Program-made: the position numbers and the translations under genes
From: a virus
Taxonomy: Duplodnaviria > Caudoviricetes
DNA: 64,000 nucleotides
Strand: one strand, 5' to 3'
IMG/VR virus record: IMGVR_UViG_2823592041_000002
Coordinates: 32,001 to 96,000 of that record
The notes under the pieces: model-generated
What the model saw: only the letters and a program-made list of their open reading frames with translations
What the model was told of the DNA's origin: nothing
Database searches by the model: none
Shown: one piece after another, positions 18,801-28,281 of the stretch
How the letters are laid out: every line of letters begins with the position of its first letter
Position numbering within the stretch: position 1 is the stretch's first letter

Positions 18801-21384
18801 ACATCAATCACAGCCTGCTGCAAGTAAACCTATAAACTTAAACCCACACAACATGACCTACTGGTTTGGTGAAATTAAAATGAACCCTTCTTCTGATATG
18901 TGGTTCAGTCAAGATTTAAAACCTAGAGTCAACGTTAATGATTCTGGTGAAAATGATGCTTGGGAAAATTTATCAACAAGTGTTTCTTCAGAGTTGGCGC
19001 AAGGTTTTGGAACTCAATGGAATGATTGGGAAGACTTGTGGACTGGTAGAGAAAACTTTGTTTCGAATCAAGAAGCAGACCCATCTTCACTGGTTGAATC
19101 AAATGTTGTTAGATTACAAAATAGAGAGACTCAAAATTATTTGTTTGATGCTGTTGACAAGATCAATGTTGTAGGTTCTGGATTACCAAATAGAATTGAA
19201 AGAGATTTAACAAGTAAGAAAATAGACACCAGTATTGTACCTTTCATGAGACCCGATGAGGTTATTTTCATAGCAACCAACTTAAAACCAAAGACCACAT
19301 TTTATGGGTTCTTTGATGATACTGCTTTAAGTTCGCCTGATATTGAACCTTGTTCTCAGATAGTTGTTACAAACCCTTCTAAAGTTTTTAATGACGGTTT
19401 GTATGACGGTGAAATTATAACTGGTGTTGATGGTGGAACTGCTAGAGTGGTTAAAAATGCAAATGATGGTAGTGGGTTAATATATGTTCAATTACTAACA
19501 GGTACATTTTCCTCTAATGAAACTATCAATGGTGGGACTTCTCTAGTTCAAGCGAAAATAAGTACAATAACAACCCCAACAGATTTAAAATCTGATGCTT
19601 CGGGTTTATTGTGTGGAGTTTTAAATATCCCAAGTTCAGAGACTAGTAAGTTTAGAACTGGCCAAAGACTTTTGAGATTAATTGATAATCAAGATAATGA
19701 TTTGAGTAATTCAGAATCAGTAGCTGAGAGTAGTTACACTTCTCAGGGATTAATGGATGACCCAGAAAATTATGTTGTTTCAACTAGATTACCATTAATC
19801 AAGAGGTCGAATATATGTGATGAACTTTCTGTTTCGAAAGATGTATTTTCCAGAGAGTTGACATCGATTAACAGATGTCTAGATTGGAAAGACCCTCTAT
19901 CACAAACGTTTATAGTTGATCCTGCATCCAACAGAAATGGAGTTTTTCTGAAGTCTGTTGATTTGTTTTTTAAGTCTAAGGATGATACTTTACCAGTTAT
20001 GGTTGAGATTAGACCAACTATTAATGGTTATCCTTCTACATCTACTGTAATCCCTTTCTCGGAAGTTATATTAAATCCTTCTCAGGTTGTTGTCTCAGAA
20101 GGACCAGATGCGTCAGAAGATTCTAATAAGAACACAAGATTCACTTTTGATGCTCCAGTTTATCTGATTCCAGGTGAATATGCAATAGTTGTAAAGACGA
20201 ATAGTAGCCAATATCAAATTTGGAGTGGTGTTGTAGGGAATTCTACACTGAATACAGATGGAAGTTCCGATATACTAAATCCAAAAATATCTAAGCAACC
20301 ATTAGTTGGAAGTTTATTCTCTTCTCACAATTCTGGTGTTTGGGATGCTATTAATAATGAATCTATAATGTTTAGGTTGAATAAATGTCAATTTAACACT
20401 TCATTAGAATCAACAGCAATATTGAATGTCACTGTTCCATCACAGTCTGAGAGTTTTGACTTGTTCAAATTTAATGTGTCAATGCTGAAAAACTTTTTTG
20501 GAAGTCAAAACCCAACTTTTAAATACCAACTTGGAACTTCTAATTTGGTCGAGTTTCATGAAAATAGAAATATTGAATTGTCTAGTAGTAAATCTTTTGG
20601 TGGAAATACAACTCTAAAAATAGAGGCAAAGATTCCAGCATCTTCTAATGTTGATGTTTCCCCTGTTATTGACATGGAGAGGGTAAGTTTAATCACAGTT
20701 GGAAATATTGTTGATGCTGTTCAATATGATGCTTCCGATTTGACTATACAATCTGGGGGAACTGGTTTTTCAACTGGTGAAAAATTATTCTTGACAGATT
20801 CTCATGATAGTTCTAAACAAGCTATTTTCGAAATTCAAGCAACTAATGGTGCTATTACAGGTTTCACTCTATTATCCTCTTCTAAGGAGATGACAAATAG
20901 TGTTAATATTACAAGTAACACCGCTGGACCTGATGATGCGATCGTAATTGCTGATAGTGAAACTTCACCTTCTGGTAGTGTTGCTGATGCTGTATATATC
21001 TCAAAGAGGGTAAACTTACAATCATCATATGAATCTAAGGATATAAGAGTTTACCTTGATTTGTATAAACCAGCAGGAACTGATGTCTATGTTTATTACA
21101 AAGTTGCTAGTACAAGTGATTCTGTTATTTTTGATGATAGGAATTGGTACTTGATGAAACAAGTAACACCAGAGTATGTGGTCTCTGAATACAATAATGA
21201 TTACAGAGAATATGTGTTTGGTACAGATTCTAGTCATAATGGTGTTGAACTTGTACATGACCAATCATTAGTTGATTTTAACGTGTATGCAATTAAGATT
21301 GTTTTGTCTTCTGATAGTAGTGTAAAAGTACCCAAAGCTAGAAATCTTAGAGCAATTGCCCTACAAGAACCTGTTAGTGTATAA
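15835..21384 (+). CDS. Large virion structural protein (VrlC/DUF4815-like)
   Basis: PYHDDFD...LFKPG.ALQARE.TQLQT, APGADRF, RRTYD.NGDF, FDNGQRD, RYTMRDIG and DPLSQTF motifs typical of this family in marine T4-like phages. Confidence 0.8.
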   Translation: MAKYETRKLLTDFNTRPYHDDFDVDKNFLKVLFKPGTALQAREITQLQTILSEQIHRFGNHIFQDGSPIRNGTFNVDVNVKYIKLKDQSAGVDVSSFISELEGRTLVNNEGSEPIIFEVKKAIPKTATEPNTIIGSYKSGSVEIAGEETPLTTQSVQGKLNRTVEVVKRGEDGIALDAEITGPSSLASVVGDASKFIDSYDPNDPEHSAIFYISGFFHRVKPQTIVLDKYGNTPTYRIGLEVDESIVTPADDASLYDNAQGSSNFSAPGADRFKISLNLTKKELQDSSNLIDNNSCDFYEFVRVRNGQKVDQIKNAQYAYLAEEMARRTYDANGDFVVRNFTLDIDEYSQSEVDAAALLNPPVDLTEKLKLTLDPGKAYVHGREIETISTVTLPVDRGRDESRVESENISTFVGNYVYVDFPAQLLTGEEFPTINSNEKLEVFNRGEEHIGSCRIKQLSYDSEGYKLSFFDLNLTSGSSKDIKSFRISDTSTEVVLEVSDKSEVAGGTVVSQQSRSTLLFPISKSSLSDVENVSLLYNKSVIANASNDGNNNSLLSISVNDPVQFLGTGTFIYSSPVELEFNRSNFIIIDKLTGENYDTFSVNFVSNGQANITIPNKNLGGRELRVLYKVQTTIQNSKTKTKTADTIVIDNTDQIVIDDDTGQTRLDGMKIVGKTVPLNGYPDVIKIVSIKGSDNVDIKDRYEFDNGQRDSFYDYASLKLKSGVVVPDSNSFTIELEYFQHPTSGEGFFSKDSYSDVDYEDIPNYFSKNTGKSYSLTDVIDFRPTRDANDNIAGSLIPYGSVTDFLEITYKYFLPRIDKVVVTKDKEFRVIKGTSSDFPVTPPDDPNAMSLYIITVPPYTYNDNDLKVIPIHNRRYTMRDIGILDRRIEELQARSNLRLLQEKSKSVQIRNNNGVDIFKNGILIDDFSGHSIGDTNSSDYRCSIDFETNELRPSFYSDSHEISFDSSDSNNINMVKVGPLLLLEHTEVLHQSQPAASKPINLNPHNMTYWFGEIKMNPSSDMWFSQDLKPRVNVNDSGENDAWENLSTSVSSELAQGFGTQWNDWEDLWTGRENFVSNQEADPSSLVESNVVRLQNRETQNYLFDAVDKINVVGSGLPNRIERDLTSKKIDTSIVPFMRPDEVIFIATNLKPKTTFYGFFDDTALSSPDIEPCSQIVVTNPSKVFNDGLYDGEIITGVDGGTARVVKNANDGSGLIYVQLLTGTFSSNETINGGTSLVQAKISTITTPTDLKSDASGLLCGVLNIPSSETSKFRTGQRLLRLIDNQDNDLSNSESVAESSYTSQGLMDDPENYVVSTRLPLIKRSNICDELSVSKDVFSRELTSINRCLDWKDPLSQTFIVDPASNRNGVFLKSVDLFFKSKDDTLPVMVEIRPTINGYPSTSTVIPFSEVILNPSQVVVSEGPDASEDSNKNTRFTFDAPVYLIPGEYAIVVKTNSSQYQIWSGVVGNSTLNTDGSSDILNPKISKQPLVGSLFSSHNSGVWDAINNESIMFRLNKCQFNTSLESTAILNVTVPSQSESFDLFKFNVSMLKNFFGSQNPTFKYQLGTSNLVEFHENRNIELSSSKSFGGNTTLKIEAKIPASSNVDVSPVIDMERVSLITVGNIVDAVQYDASDLTIQSGGTGFSTGEKLFLTDSHDSSKQAIFEIQATNGAITGFTLLSSSKEMTNSVNITSNTAGPDDAIVIADSETSPSGSVADAVYISKRVNLQSSYESKDIRVYLDLYKPAGTDVYVYYKVASTSDSVIFDDRNWYLMKQVTPEYVVSEYNNDYREYVFGTDSSHNGVELVHDQSLVDFNVYAIKIVLSSDSSVKVPKARNLRAIALQEPVSV

Positions 21385-21387
21385 ATA
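21380..21387 (+). promoter_or_regulatory. Late promoter TATAAATA
   Basis: Overlaps the upstream stop codon; precedes a ~255-nt leader to gp13. Confidence 0.6.
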
Positions 21388-21642
21388 TAAGTGATATGGG
21401 ATAAGTTGAATTCTTTAACGTTAAAAGAAATCATTCTTATATTTTTTATGTTTTATTTTTAGCACTTTAAGAAGTTTTCATTCTATTAATTTTTAAAGAT
21501 AAGTAGGCTTAATTCTGTATAAGGAACGACAAAGCATGGTATGGCTACCAATATACTTTCACAAATCGTTCGGGTCTGGTAGGACTAAAGCGGAAATAAT
21601 TTATGAGGTTTCGCCAAACTTTTGTTTTATAAAGGAGTGGGT

Positions 21643-22389
21643 ATGGCTAACCCTACAAATAGAGAAGAACTGAAACAGTTTTGTTTAAGAAAACTTGGAA
21701 AACCTGTAATAGAGATAAATGTTGCTGACGAGCAGTTAGAAGATAGAATTGATGATGCTCTTAAAATGTATCATGATTTTCATTATGATGGTATTGAGAG
21801 AATTATAATTCAACATGAAGTCACTCAAACAGATAAAGATAATGGTTACATTACAATGAGCGATGCCGTTATTTCTATTGAGAAGATATTAGATCTGAAT
21901 ACAGGTAGTTCAAATGAAATACTATTTGATGCTCAATTCCACATGAATTGGGATGCCCTATACGCTTTTAATCAAACACCATCCCAAATGCAATATTATA
22001 CAGCAACACAAGAAAATTTAAATCTTATCAATCAAATATTAAATGGTAAACAAATTCTCAGGTATAGAAGACATACTGATAAACTTTATATCGATATGGA
22101 TTGGGATAAAATTGAAGTTGGTGGTTACATTGTTATTCAAGCATATCAAATAGTGAACCCCACAGTTTATGAGGATGTTTGGTCTGATAGGTGGTTAAGG
22201 GAATATACAACTGAATTGTTTAGAGAACAGTGGGGTCACAACCTGAGTAAATATTCTGGAGTTCAGATGCCAGGCGGTGTAACTTTCAACGGTGGAGATA
22301 TTCTATCAGAAGCGCAAACAAGATTGAGAGAACTTGAACAAGAACTCCGAGACACTTACGAAGAACCTCCAACTTTTTACATGGGGTAA
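21643..22389 (+). CDS. gp13: Neck protein gp13
   Basis: REELKQFCLRKLGKPVIEINVADEQLEDRID and QWGHNLSKY.GVQMPGGVTFNG; AAGGAG RBS before ATG 21643. Confidence 0.93.
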   Translation: MANPTNREELKQFCLRKLGKPVIEINVADEQLEDRIDDALKMYHDFHYDGIERIIIQHEVTQTDKDNGYITMSDAVISIEKILDLNTGSSNEILFDAQFHMNWDALYAFNQTPSQMQYYTATQENLNLINQILNGKQILRYRRHTDKLYIDMDWDKIEVGGYIVIQAYQIVNPTVYEDVWSDRWLREYTTELFREQWGHNLSKYSGVQMPGGVTFNGGDILSEAQTRLRELEQELRDTYEEPPTFYMG

Positions 22390-22391
22390 TC

Positions 22392-23249
22392 ATGGCAACT
22401 AATCCATATTTTAATAAAAACTATTCTTCACAATCAGAACAAGATCTGTATGATGACTTAATGGAAGAGTCAATCAAGATTCACGGAATTGATGTCAGTT
22501 ACTTACCAAGAGATGTTCAAAAGATAGATTATCTATTCAAAGATGTTGAAGTTTCTCGATTTAACACAACTCATGATATCGAAATGTTTGTTGACAGTGT
22601 TGAGCAGTTTGGTGGCGAAGGTGATTTCTTATCCAAGTTTGGCGTGGAGATTCGTGACACTTTAGAACTTACTGTAATGGTTAACAGATTTGACACTCTC
22701 AATATAGGAAGACCGAAAGAAGGTGACTTGATTTTCTTTCCTTTCAATAAACAACTCTTTGAAGTTATGTTTGTTGAAGATGAACAAATATTCTACACTC
22801 TTGGTAAAAAGTTTGTGTATAGATTGAAATTAGAACTCTTTGAGTATTCTAATCAGATGATTAACACTGGTATTGAAGATATTGATAATATTCAATACAA
22901 AAATGCTTACTCTATTGAACTTACAACTACAACTGGAACTGGTGATTATGTTGTAGGTGAGAATGTTTTTCAAGGTACTGATTTAGCTTCTGCTACTGCA
23001 AAAGGTAGGGTTGCTTCATGGGCAAATAACACTTTAGAACTTATTGATGTTGTTGGTAAGTTTGTGGAAGGTGTAACTGTTGATGGTGACGGCGGCGCAT
23101 CTTATGAGATAGATTTACCAGATAGTTATGAGGATGTTGAACTTGATATGCCAAATGATCCATTATCTGATAATATTGACTATGAAAAAGAAGCAGATAA
23201 AGTGATTGACTTTTCAGAAAACAATCCTTTCTCTGAAGAAGATTTATAG
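22392..23249 (+). CDS. gp14: Neck protein gp14
   Basis: EQDLYDDLMEESIKIHG.DV.YLPR, LSKFG.EIRD, RPKEGDLIFFP and DFSENNPF motifs. Confidence 0.93.
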   Translation: MATNPYFNKNYSSQSEQDLYDDLMEESIKIHGIDVSYLPRDVQKIDYLFKDVEVSRFNTTHDIEMFVDSVEQFGGEGDFLSKFGVEIRDTLELTVMVNRFDTLNIGRPKEGDLIFFPFNKQLFEVMFVEDEQIFYTLGKKFVYRLKLELFEYSNQMINTGIEDIDNIQYKNAYSIELTTTTGTGDYVVGENVFQGTDLASATAKGRVASWANNTLELIDVVGKFVEGVTVDGDGGASYEIDLPDSYEDVELDMPNDPLSDNIDYEKEADKVIDFSENNPFSEEDL

Positions 23250-23272
23250 TAAGTCTTATAAATATATTTGTT

Positions 23273-24115
23273 ATGGCTCTATACAATGAATATTTTTACC
23301 ACAAAACTATTTTCAAAAGCGTTGCTACTTTTGGAACCCTTTTTAACGATATAACTGTAAAACGAAAAACTTCAGATGGTAATACTGTAAAGGAGTTGAA
23401 AGTTCCTTTATCTTATGGACCGAGAAGTAAATTCCTTGCTAAAATTGAAGAATCTGATAAAAATGTAGCAATTACACTTCCAAGAATAAGTTTCGAGATG
23501 TCTGGGTTTTCTTACGATTCTCAACGAAAACTAAACTCACTTGGAGTTCGATATAATACAACAGAAACTGGTTCTGAAAAATCCATGTACAATCCAGTTC
23601 CTTACAATATTGGATTTTCTCTAAATGTCTATGTAGAACATTTTGATGAAGGTTTACAAATAATAGAACAGATTGTTCCCTTTTTCAGCCCTTATCTAAA
23701 CATCCCCTCTAAACTTGTCTATGATGATATGGGAATCGTTGATGACGTTCCAGTATTACTCAATGACGTTTCTTTAGAAGAGAGTTATGAGGGTCAGTTT
23801 GAAGATAAGAGGGTTATTATGTGGAACCTGAGTTTTACCCTTAAAACGAATATATTCAAACCAGTAAAAGAGTCTGATTTAATTCGTCAAGTTGAGACAA
23901 ATGTTATTTCAACTCCAACAGGGGATTCTGGGGAAGTTACTCCTCAAGAAAAACAACAAGCACAAGAATCTGGTTCAAAATCAAAATCTATTACAAAACC
24001 TGGACTTACAGATCAGGGTCAACCAACTACAAAAGAATCTGAATCTGTTCCGAAAGAACAAATTGAAGCAGATGATGATTTCGGTTTCATTGAAGATTTC
24101 CTAGAAGGTATCTAA
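23273..24115 (+). CDS. gp15: Tail sheath stabilizer/terminator gp15
   Basis: YFYH.TI...ATFGTLFN, VPLSYGP..KFL, LPRISFE, PVPYN and QIIEQIVPFF; TATAAATA at 23257-23264. Confidence 0.93.
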   Translation: MALYNEYFYHKTIFKSVATFGTLFNDITVKRKTSDGNTVKELKVPLSYGPRSKFLAKIEESDKNVAITLPRISFEMSGFSYDSQRKLNSLGVRYNTTETGSEKSMYNPVPYNIGFSLNVYVEHFDEGLQIIEQIVPFFSPYLNIPSKLVYDDMGIVDDVPVLLNDVSLEESYEGQFEDKRVIMWNLSFTLKTNIFKPVKESDLIRQVETNVISTPTGDSGEVTPQEKQQAQESGSKSKSITKPGLTDQGQPTTKESESVPKEQIEADDDFGFIEDFLEGI

Positions 24116-24630
24116 TGTCAAAAGATTTCAAAGACATAGAAGAGGTGTTGGATATACTACCAGAAGAATCTGAAATAAAAGACTTGACAGAAGTTGAAGA
24201 AAATAGTATAATAGAAGTTCAAGATGAAAAAGATGAGTTTTCAGAAGAAATGCAAGAAAGTCGCAGAAAAGATTACAAGTTTGCGAGAAAGAATCTGAAA
24301 AATGCTATGGATATTGGAAACGAAGCTTTGGAAGACTTGATAGAGATTGCGAAGAGTTCTCAACAACCAAGAGCATACGAAGTCATAGCAACTCTTGTTA
24401 AGAATGTTTCTGATGCTTCTGATAAACTGATGGATGTAAATAAGAAACTTCATGAGATTGAAATCATCGCAGAACCAGAGAAGAACTTGAAAAATATGGA
24501 TAAACTTGAACTGAATCAACAGAACAATACATACTATGTTGGTTCAACTGCTGATTTACAAGAACTTATCAATAATACTATGTCAGATAAAGAATTGATA
24601 GAAATTGATAAAGATGATGAGGATGAATAA
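24115..24630 (+). CDS. gp16: Terminase small subunit gp16
   Basis: DYKFARKNL, PRAYEV and YVGSTADLQ motifs. Confidence 0.92.
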   Translation: MSKDFKDIEEVLDILPEESEIKDLTEVEENSIIEVQDEKDEFSEEMQESRRKDYKFARKNLKNAMDIGNEALEDLIEIAKSSQQPRAYEVIATLVKNVSDASDKLMDVNKKLHEIEIIAEPEKNLKNMDKLELNQQNNTYYVGSTADLQELINNTMSDKELIEIDKDDEDE

Positions 24631-24822
24631 ATGCCAACTTATGAATATGAATGTACAAATTGTGGCCACAGATTCGAAAAAATACAAAGCATAAATGACG
24701 AACCTCTGAAAACTTGTGTTAAATGTGAGAAGAAGACTTTGAAAAAATTGTTCCATACTTCTGGGATAATATTCAAAGGTTCTGGTTTCTACACAACAGA
24801 CTATAAGAAAAAAGGGAAGTGA
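24631..24822 (+). CDS. FmdB-family zinc-ribbon protein
   Basis: MPTYEYECTNCGHRFE...CVKC...IIFKGSGFYTTDY signature. Confidence 0.88.
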   Translation: MPTYEYECTNCGHRFEKIQSINDEPLKTCVKCEKKTLKKLFHTSGIIFKGSGFYTTDYKKKGK

Positions 24823-26450
24823 TGGAAACTCCCGAACAAGATATAGAACATTTTCAGGGAAATCCTCTTGTTAAAAAAGTTGGAGCTCAAATCCAATTTA
24901 CTAAAGAGCAGATTGAAGAGTATGTTAAATGTTCTCAAGACCCCTTCTATTTTATTGAAAAATATATGAAGATTGTAACCATCGATTCTGGTGTCCAAGT
25001 AATCAAACTCTACGATTTTCAAAGAGAGATGATCAATAAGTTTGTAAATGAGAAGTTTATTTTAGCAAAATGTGCTAGACAGTCTGGAAAGACTATTGGT
25101 GTTGAATCGTTTATCCTTTGGTCTATTCTGTTCAAGGACAACTATCGTGTAGGTATGTTTGCGAACAAGTTTGATACATCCAAAAAGATTCTGAAAGAAA
25201 TCAAATACTCATATGAACAACTCCCTATGTGGCTACAACAGGGTGTTGTTACTTGGAACAAACACAGTATAGAACTTGAAAATGGTTCCTCAATCACATC
25301 ATCCTCAACTTCTGGTGATGCTGGACGCTCAAGAACATACAATTTAGTATTTTTGGACGAGTTTGCCTTTGTTCCAGATTACGTTGCTGCTGACTTTTTC
25401 ACTGCCGTATATCCAACGATATCCTCTGGTAAGAATACGAAAGTTATTATCATTTCAACTCCAAATGGGTTGAACTTTTTTTATAGAATGTGGGTTGAAG
25501 CACAAGAAGGCAGATCAAATTATAAATTATTCGAAGCAAATTGGAGAGCAGTTCCAAGTAGAGATGATGCTTGGGCAGATGAAACTCTCGCTAATGTTGG
25601 AGAAAAAGCATTTCAACAAGAATATGAATGCGATTTCTTAGGTTCATCAAACACTTTGATATCAACCACGAAAATAAAAGAGATGGTGTGGAAAAAACCT
25701 GTGAAGAGGTATCAGGGAGGTTTAGCAATTTATGAAGAACCTAAACCAAGAAACCAATACATAGTCACTGTGGATGTTTCTAGAGGTATAGGGAAGGACT
25801 ACTCAGCATTCACGGTAATAAATGTATCTGATTTCCCATATAAGATTGCAGCAAAGTACCAGAACAATGAAATATCCCCTATGGTATTTCCGAATACGAT
25901 ATATGAAACTGCAACTCACTTCAATCAAGCAATGGTTTTAGTTGAGGTGAACGATATTGGAGAACAGGTTGGGGCAATTTTATACAACGATTTAGAATAT
26001 GAAGACCTTATCATGACTGAACATGGTGGAAGAAAAGGTCAAAGAATTTCTTCAGGTTTTGGTAGCAATGTTTATTATGGTGTCAGAATGACTGGTAATG
26101 TCAAAAAGATTGGTATGGCCAATTTGAAAACTATGATAGAATCGGATAAACTATTGATCCATGATGTAGACATTATTACTGAACTGTCAACTTTTGTACA
26201 AAAACGAAACAGTTATGAGGCAGAAGAAGGTTATAATGATGACTTGGTTATGTGTCTTGTAATTTTCGGTTGGGTCTCAAATCAAGAGTATTTTAAGGAA
26301 TTGACAAACTCTGATATTAGAAAGAAATTGGAAAAAGAAAGGGAACAGGAAATAATGGAGGCATCTTTACCTCCTGGGTTTGTTGTTAATGGTGAAGAGG
26401 AAGAGAGTTTCACTGACTCAGATGGCACAGTTTGGTTTGTTGTAAGGTGA
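24822..26450 (+). CDS. gp17: Terminase large subunit gp17
   Basis: Walker A ARQSGKT, Walker B FLDEFAF, IISTPNG, nuclease DVSRG...DYS and DDLVM. Confidence 0.96.
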   Translation: METPEQDIEHFQGNPLVKKVGAQIQFTKEQIEEYVKCSQDPFYFIEKYMKIVTIDSGVQVIKLYDFQREMINKFVNEKFILAKCARQSGKTIGVESFILWSILFKDNYRVGMFANKFDTSKKILKEIKYSYEQLPMWLQQGVVTWNKHSIELENGSSITSSSTSGDAGRSRTYNLVFLDEFAFVPDYVAADFFTAVYPTISSGKNTKVIIISTPNGLNFFYRMWVEAQEGRSNYKLFEANWRAVPSRDDAWADETLANVGEKAFQQEYECDFLGSSNTLISTTKIKEMVWKKPVKRYQGGLAIYEEPKPRNQYIVTVDVSRGIGKDYSAFTVINVSDFPYKIAAKYQNNEISPMVFPNTIYETATHFNQAMVLVEVNDIGEQVGAILYNDLEYEDLIMTEHGGRKGQRISSGFGSNVYYGVRMTGNVKKIGMANLKTMIESDKLLIHDVDIITELSTFVQKRNSYEAEEGYNDDLVMCLVIFGWVSNQEYFKELTNSDIRKKLEKEREQEIMEASLPPGFVVNGEEEESFTDSDGTVWFVVR

Positions 26451-26518
26451 AAATACCCTAATTTATAAATATCACTGATTGGAAAATAATTTTATTTTTT
26501 TATAAAAAGGAGAAAAAT

Positions 26519-28264
26519 ATGGCATCATTATTAAGTCCAGGGGTCATATCGAGAGAAATAGACTTGACAACAGTTACACCTGCTGTTGCATCTACAGAAG
26601 GTGGTATTGCTATGCATACCCAGTGGGGCCCAGCAGAGAAATTAGTATTAGTGACAGATGAATTAGACTTGGTTGATGTTTTTGGAAAACCAAACAATGA
26701 TAATGCTTCTGATTGGTTCACAGCAAAGAATTTTTTATCTTATTCTGGAGCATTATATGTTTCAAGAGCTCTTCCAGATGGAGCTAGAAATGCAGTTGCA
26801 GGTAATCCATTACAAAACGGAGATGCACCGAGTTCTGCATCAATTAAAAATTTAGACCATTTTGAATCACAAACATATACTATTAATGGTGAGTGGTCAG
26901 CAAAATACCCTGGAGCTCTAGGTGATAGTTTGAAAATTAGTCTCGCTGACAGGTCAACATATGATACTTGGTTATACAAGGATTTATTTTCAGAAAAACC
27001 TGATTATGATGAACTTCACATTGTTGTTGTAGATGAAGATGGTTTGATTTCTGGTGAAAAAGGAATTGTTTTAGAAAAATATGCTTTTCTTTCTAAGTTT
27101 TCAGATGGAAAATCCGAAGATGGGTCTTCCACATACTACGAAAAAGTTATAAATGACTCCTCTGAATATGTTTGGAGTTTAGGTGCTTATGCTGAACTGA
27201 CAGATTGGGGAAAGTTAGCAGATCAAGTTGTCGAATATGGTGCTGACGGTACAGTTTCAAATATTATTGGTGATGCAGGAGCTTTAATGTTATCTCATGA
27301 CCGTGATGGTGATGGAGACCCAGCAAATGATTTAATCAATTCGACACATTCCTTTATAAGTGGAAATGATGGAACTCCAATTCAAGGTGATAGAGTTGAT
27401 GCTCTTGAACTTTTTGTTGACGATGAATTGGTTGATATATCATTTCTTTTAGCTGGTGAAGCTGATATTTCAGTTATAAACAAAATATTTGCTATTGCTT
27501 CTTCAAGACAAGATTGTCTAGGTGTCATTTCACCCGAGAAAGATGATGTTGTAAACGCAATAGACCCAATGGACAATGTAAAAACTTTTAGAGAAACATT
27601 GAATGTTGGTGGATTGAAAGACTTAAAAGGTAGTTTCATGGTTATGGATGATAACTGGAAATACCAATTTGATAAGTATAATAACTTAAATAGATGGGTT
27701 CCTTGTAATGGTGATACTGCTGGATTGATGGCAGAAACTGACATCGAAAGAGCTGCTTGGTTCAGTCCAGGGGGTAGGTCTTTGAAGAATGTTATCAAAC
27801 TTGCTTGGAAATCTAAGAAAGCGGAAAGAGATGTTCTTTATCCTCTAGGTGTCAACTCAGTTACAACTTTTCCAGGAGAAGGAGCAATCCTTTATGGTGA
27901 CAGAACAATGTTGAAAAGGCCTTCCGCATTTGATAGAATTAATGTTCGAAGATTGTTCATTATTTTGAGAAAGACTATTTCAAGAACTGCTAGGTCATTC
28001 TTGTTTGAATTGAACACTGAATTTACCAGAGAAAGGTTCAAGAGTACTGTTATTCCTTTCTTGGAAGAAGTTCAAGGGAGACAAGGAATCACTGATTTCT
28101 TAGTTGTTTGTGATGAAACTAATAATACTGGTCAAGTTATAGATCAAAATCGATTTATAGGTGACATTTACATTAAACCTGCCAGAAGTATTAACTTTAT
28201 TGAATTAAATTTTGTTGCTGTTAGAACAGACGTTGAATTTAGTGAAGTTGTTGGTTCGGTATAA
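26519..28264 (+). CDS. gp18: Tail sheath protein gp18
   Basis: LSPGV.SREIDLT, AWFSP, SAFDRINVRRLF and IYIKPARSINFIELNFVA; TATAAATA at 26464-26471. Confidence 0.96.
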   Translation: MASLLSPGVISREIDLTTVTPAVASTEGGIAMHTQWGPAEKLVLVTDELDLVDVFGKPNNDNASDWFTAKNFLSYSGALYVSRALPDGARNAVAGNPLQNGDAPSSASIKNLDHFESQTYTINGEWSAKYPGALGDSLKISLADRSTYDTWLYKDLFSEKPDYDELHIVVVDEDGLISGEKGIVLEKYAFLSKFSDGKSEDGSSTYYEKVINDSSEYVWSLGAYAELTDWGKLADQVVEYGADGTVSNIIGDAGALMLSHDRDGDGDPANDLINSTHSFISGNDGTPIQGDRVDALELFVDDELVDISFLLAGEADISVINKIFAIASSRQDCLGVISPEKDDVVNAIDPMDNVKTFRETLNVGGLKDLKGSFMVMDDNWKYQFDKYNNLNRWVPCNGDTAGLMAETDIERAAWFSPGGRSLKNVIKLAWKSKKAERDVLYPLGVNSVTTFPGEGAILYGDRTMLKRPSAFDRINVRRLFIILRKTISRTARSFLFELNTEFTRERFKSTVIPFLEEVQGRQGITDFLVVCDETNNTGQVIDQNRFIGDIYIKPARSINFIELNFVAVRTDVEFSEVVGSV

Positions 28265-28281
28265 GATAGGAGAATAGAAAA

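Noticed and set aside
21500-21620. tRNA or tmRNA
   Set aside because: No T-loop GTTCRA in a cloverleaf context and no acceptor stem or CCA; kept only as a generic structured-leader candidate
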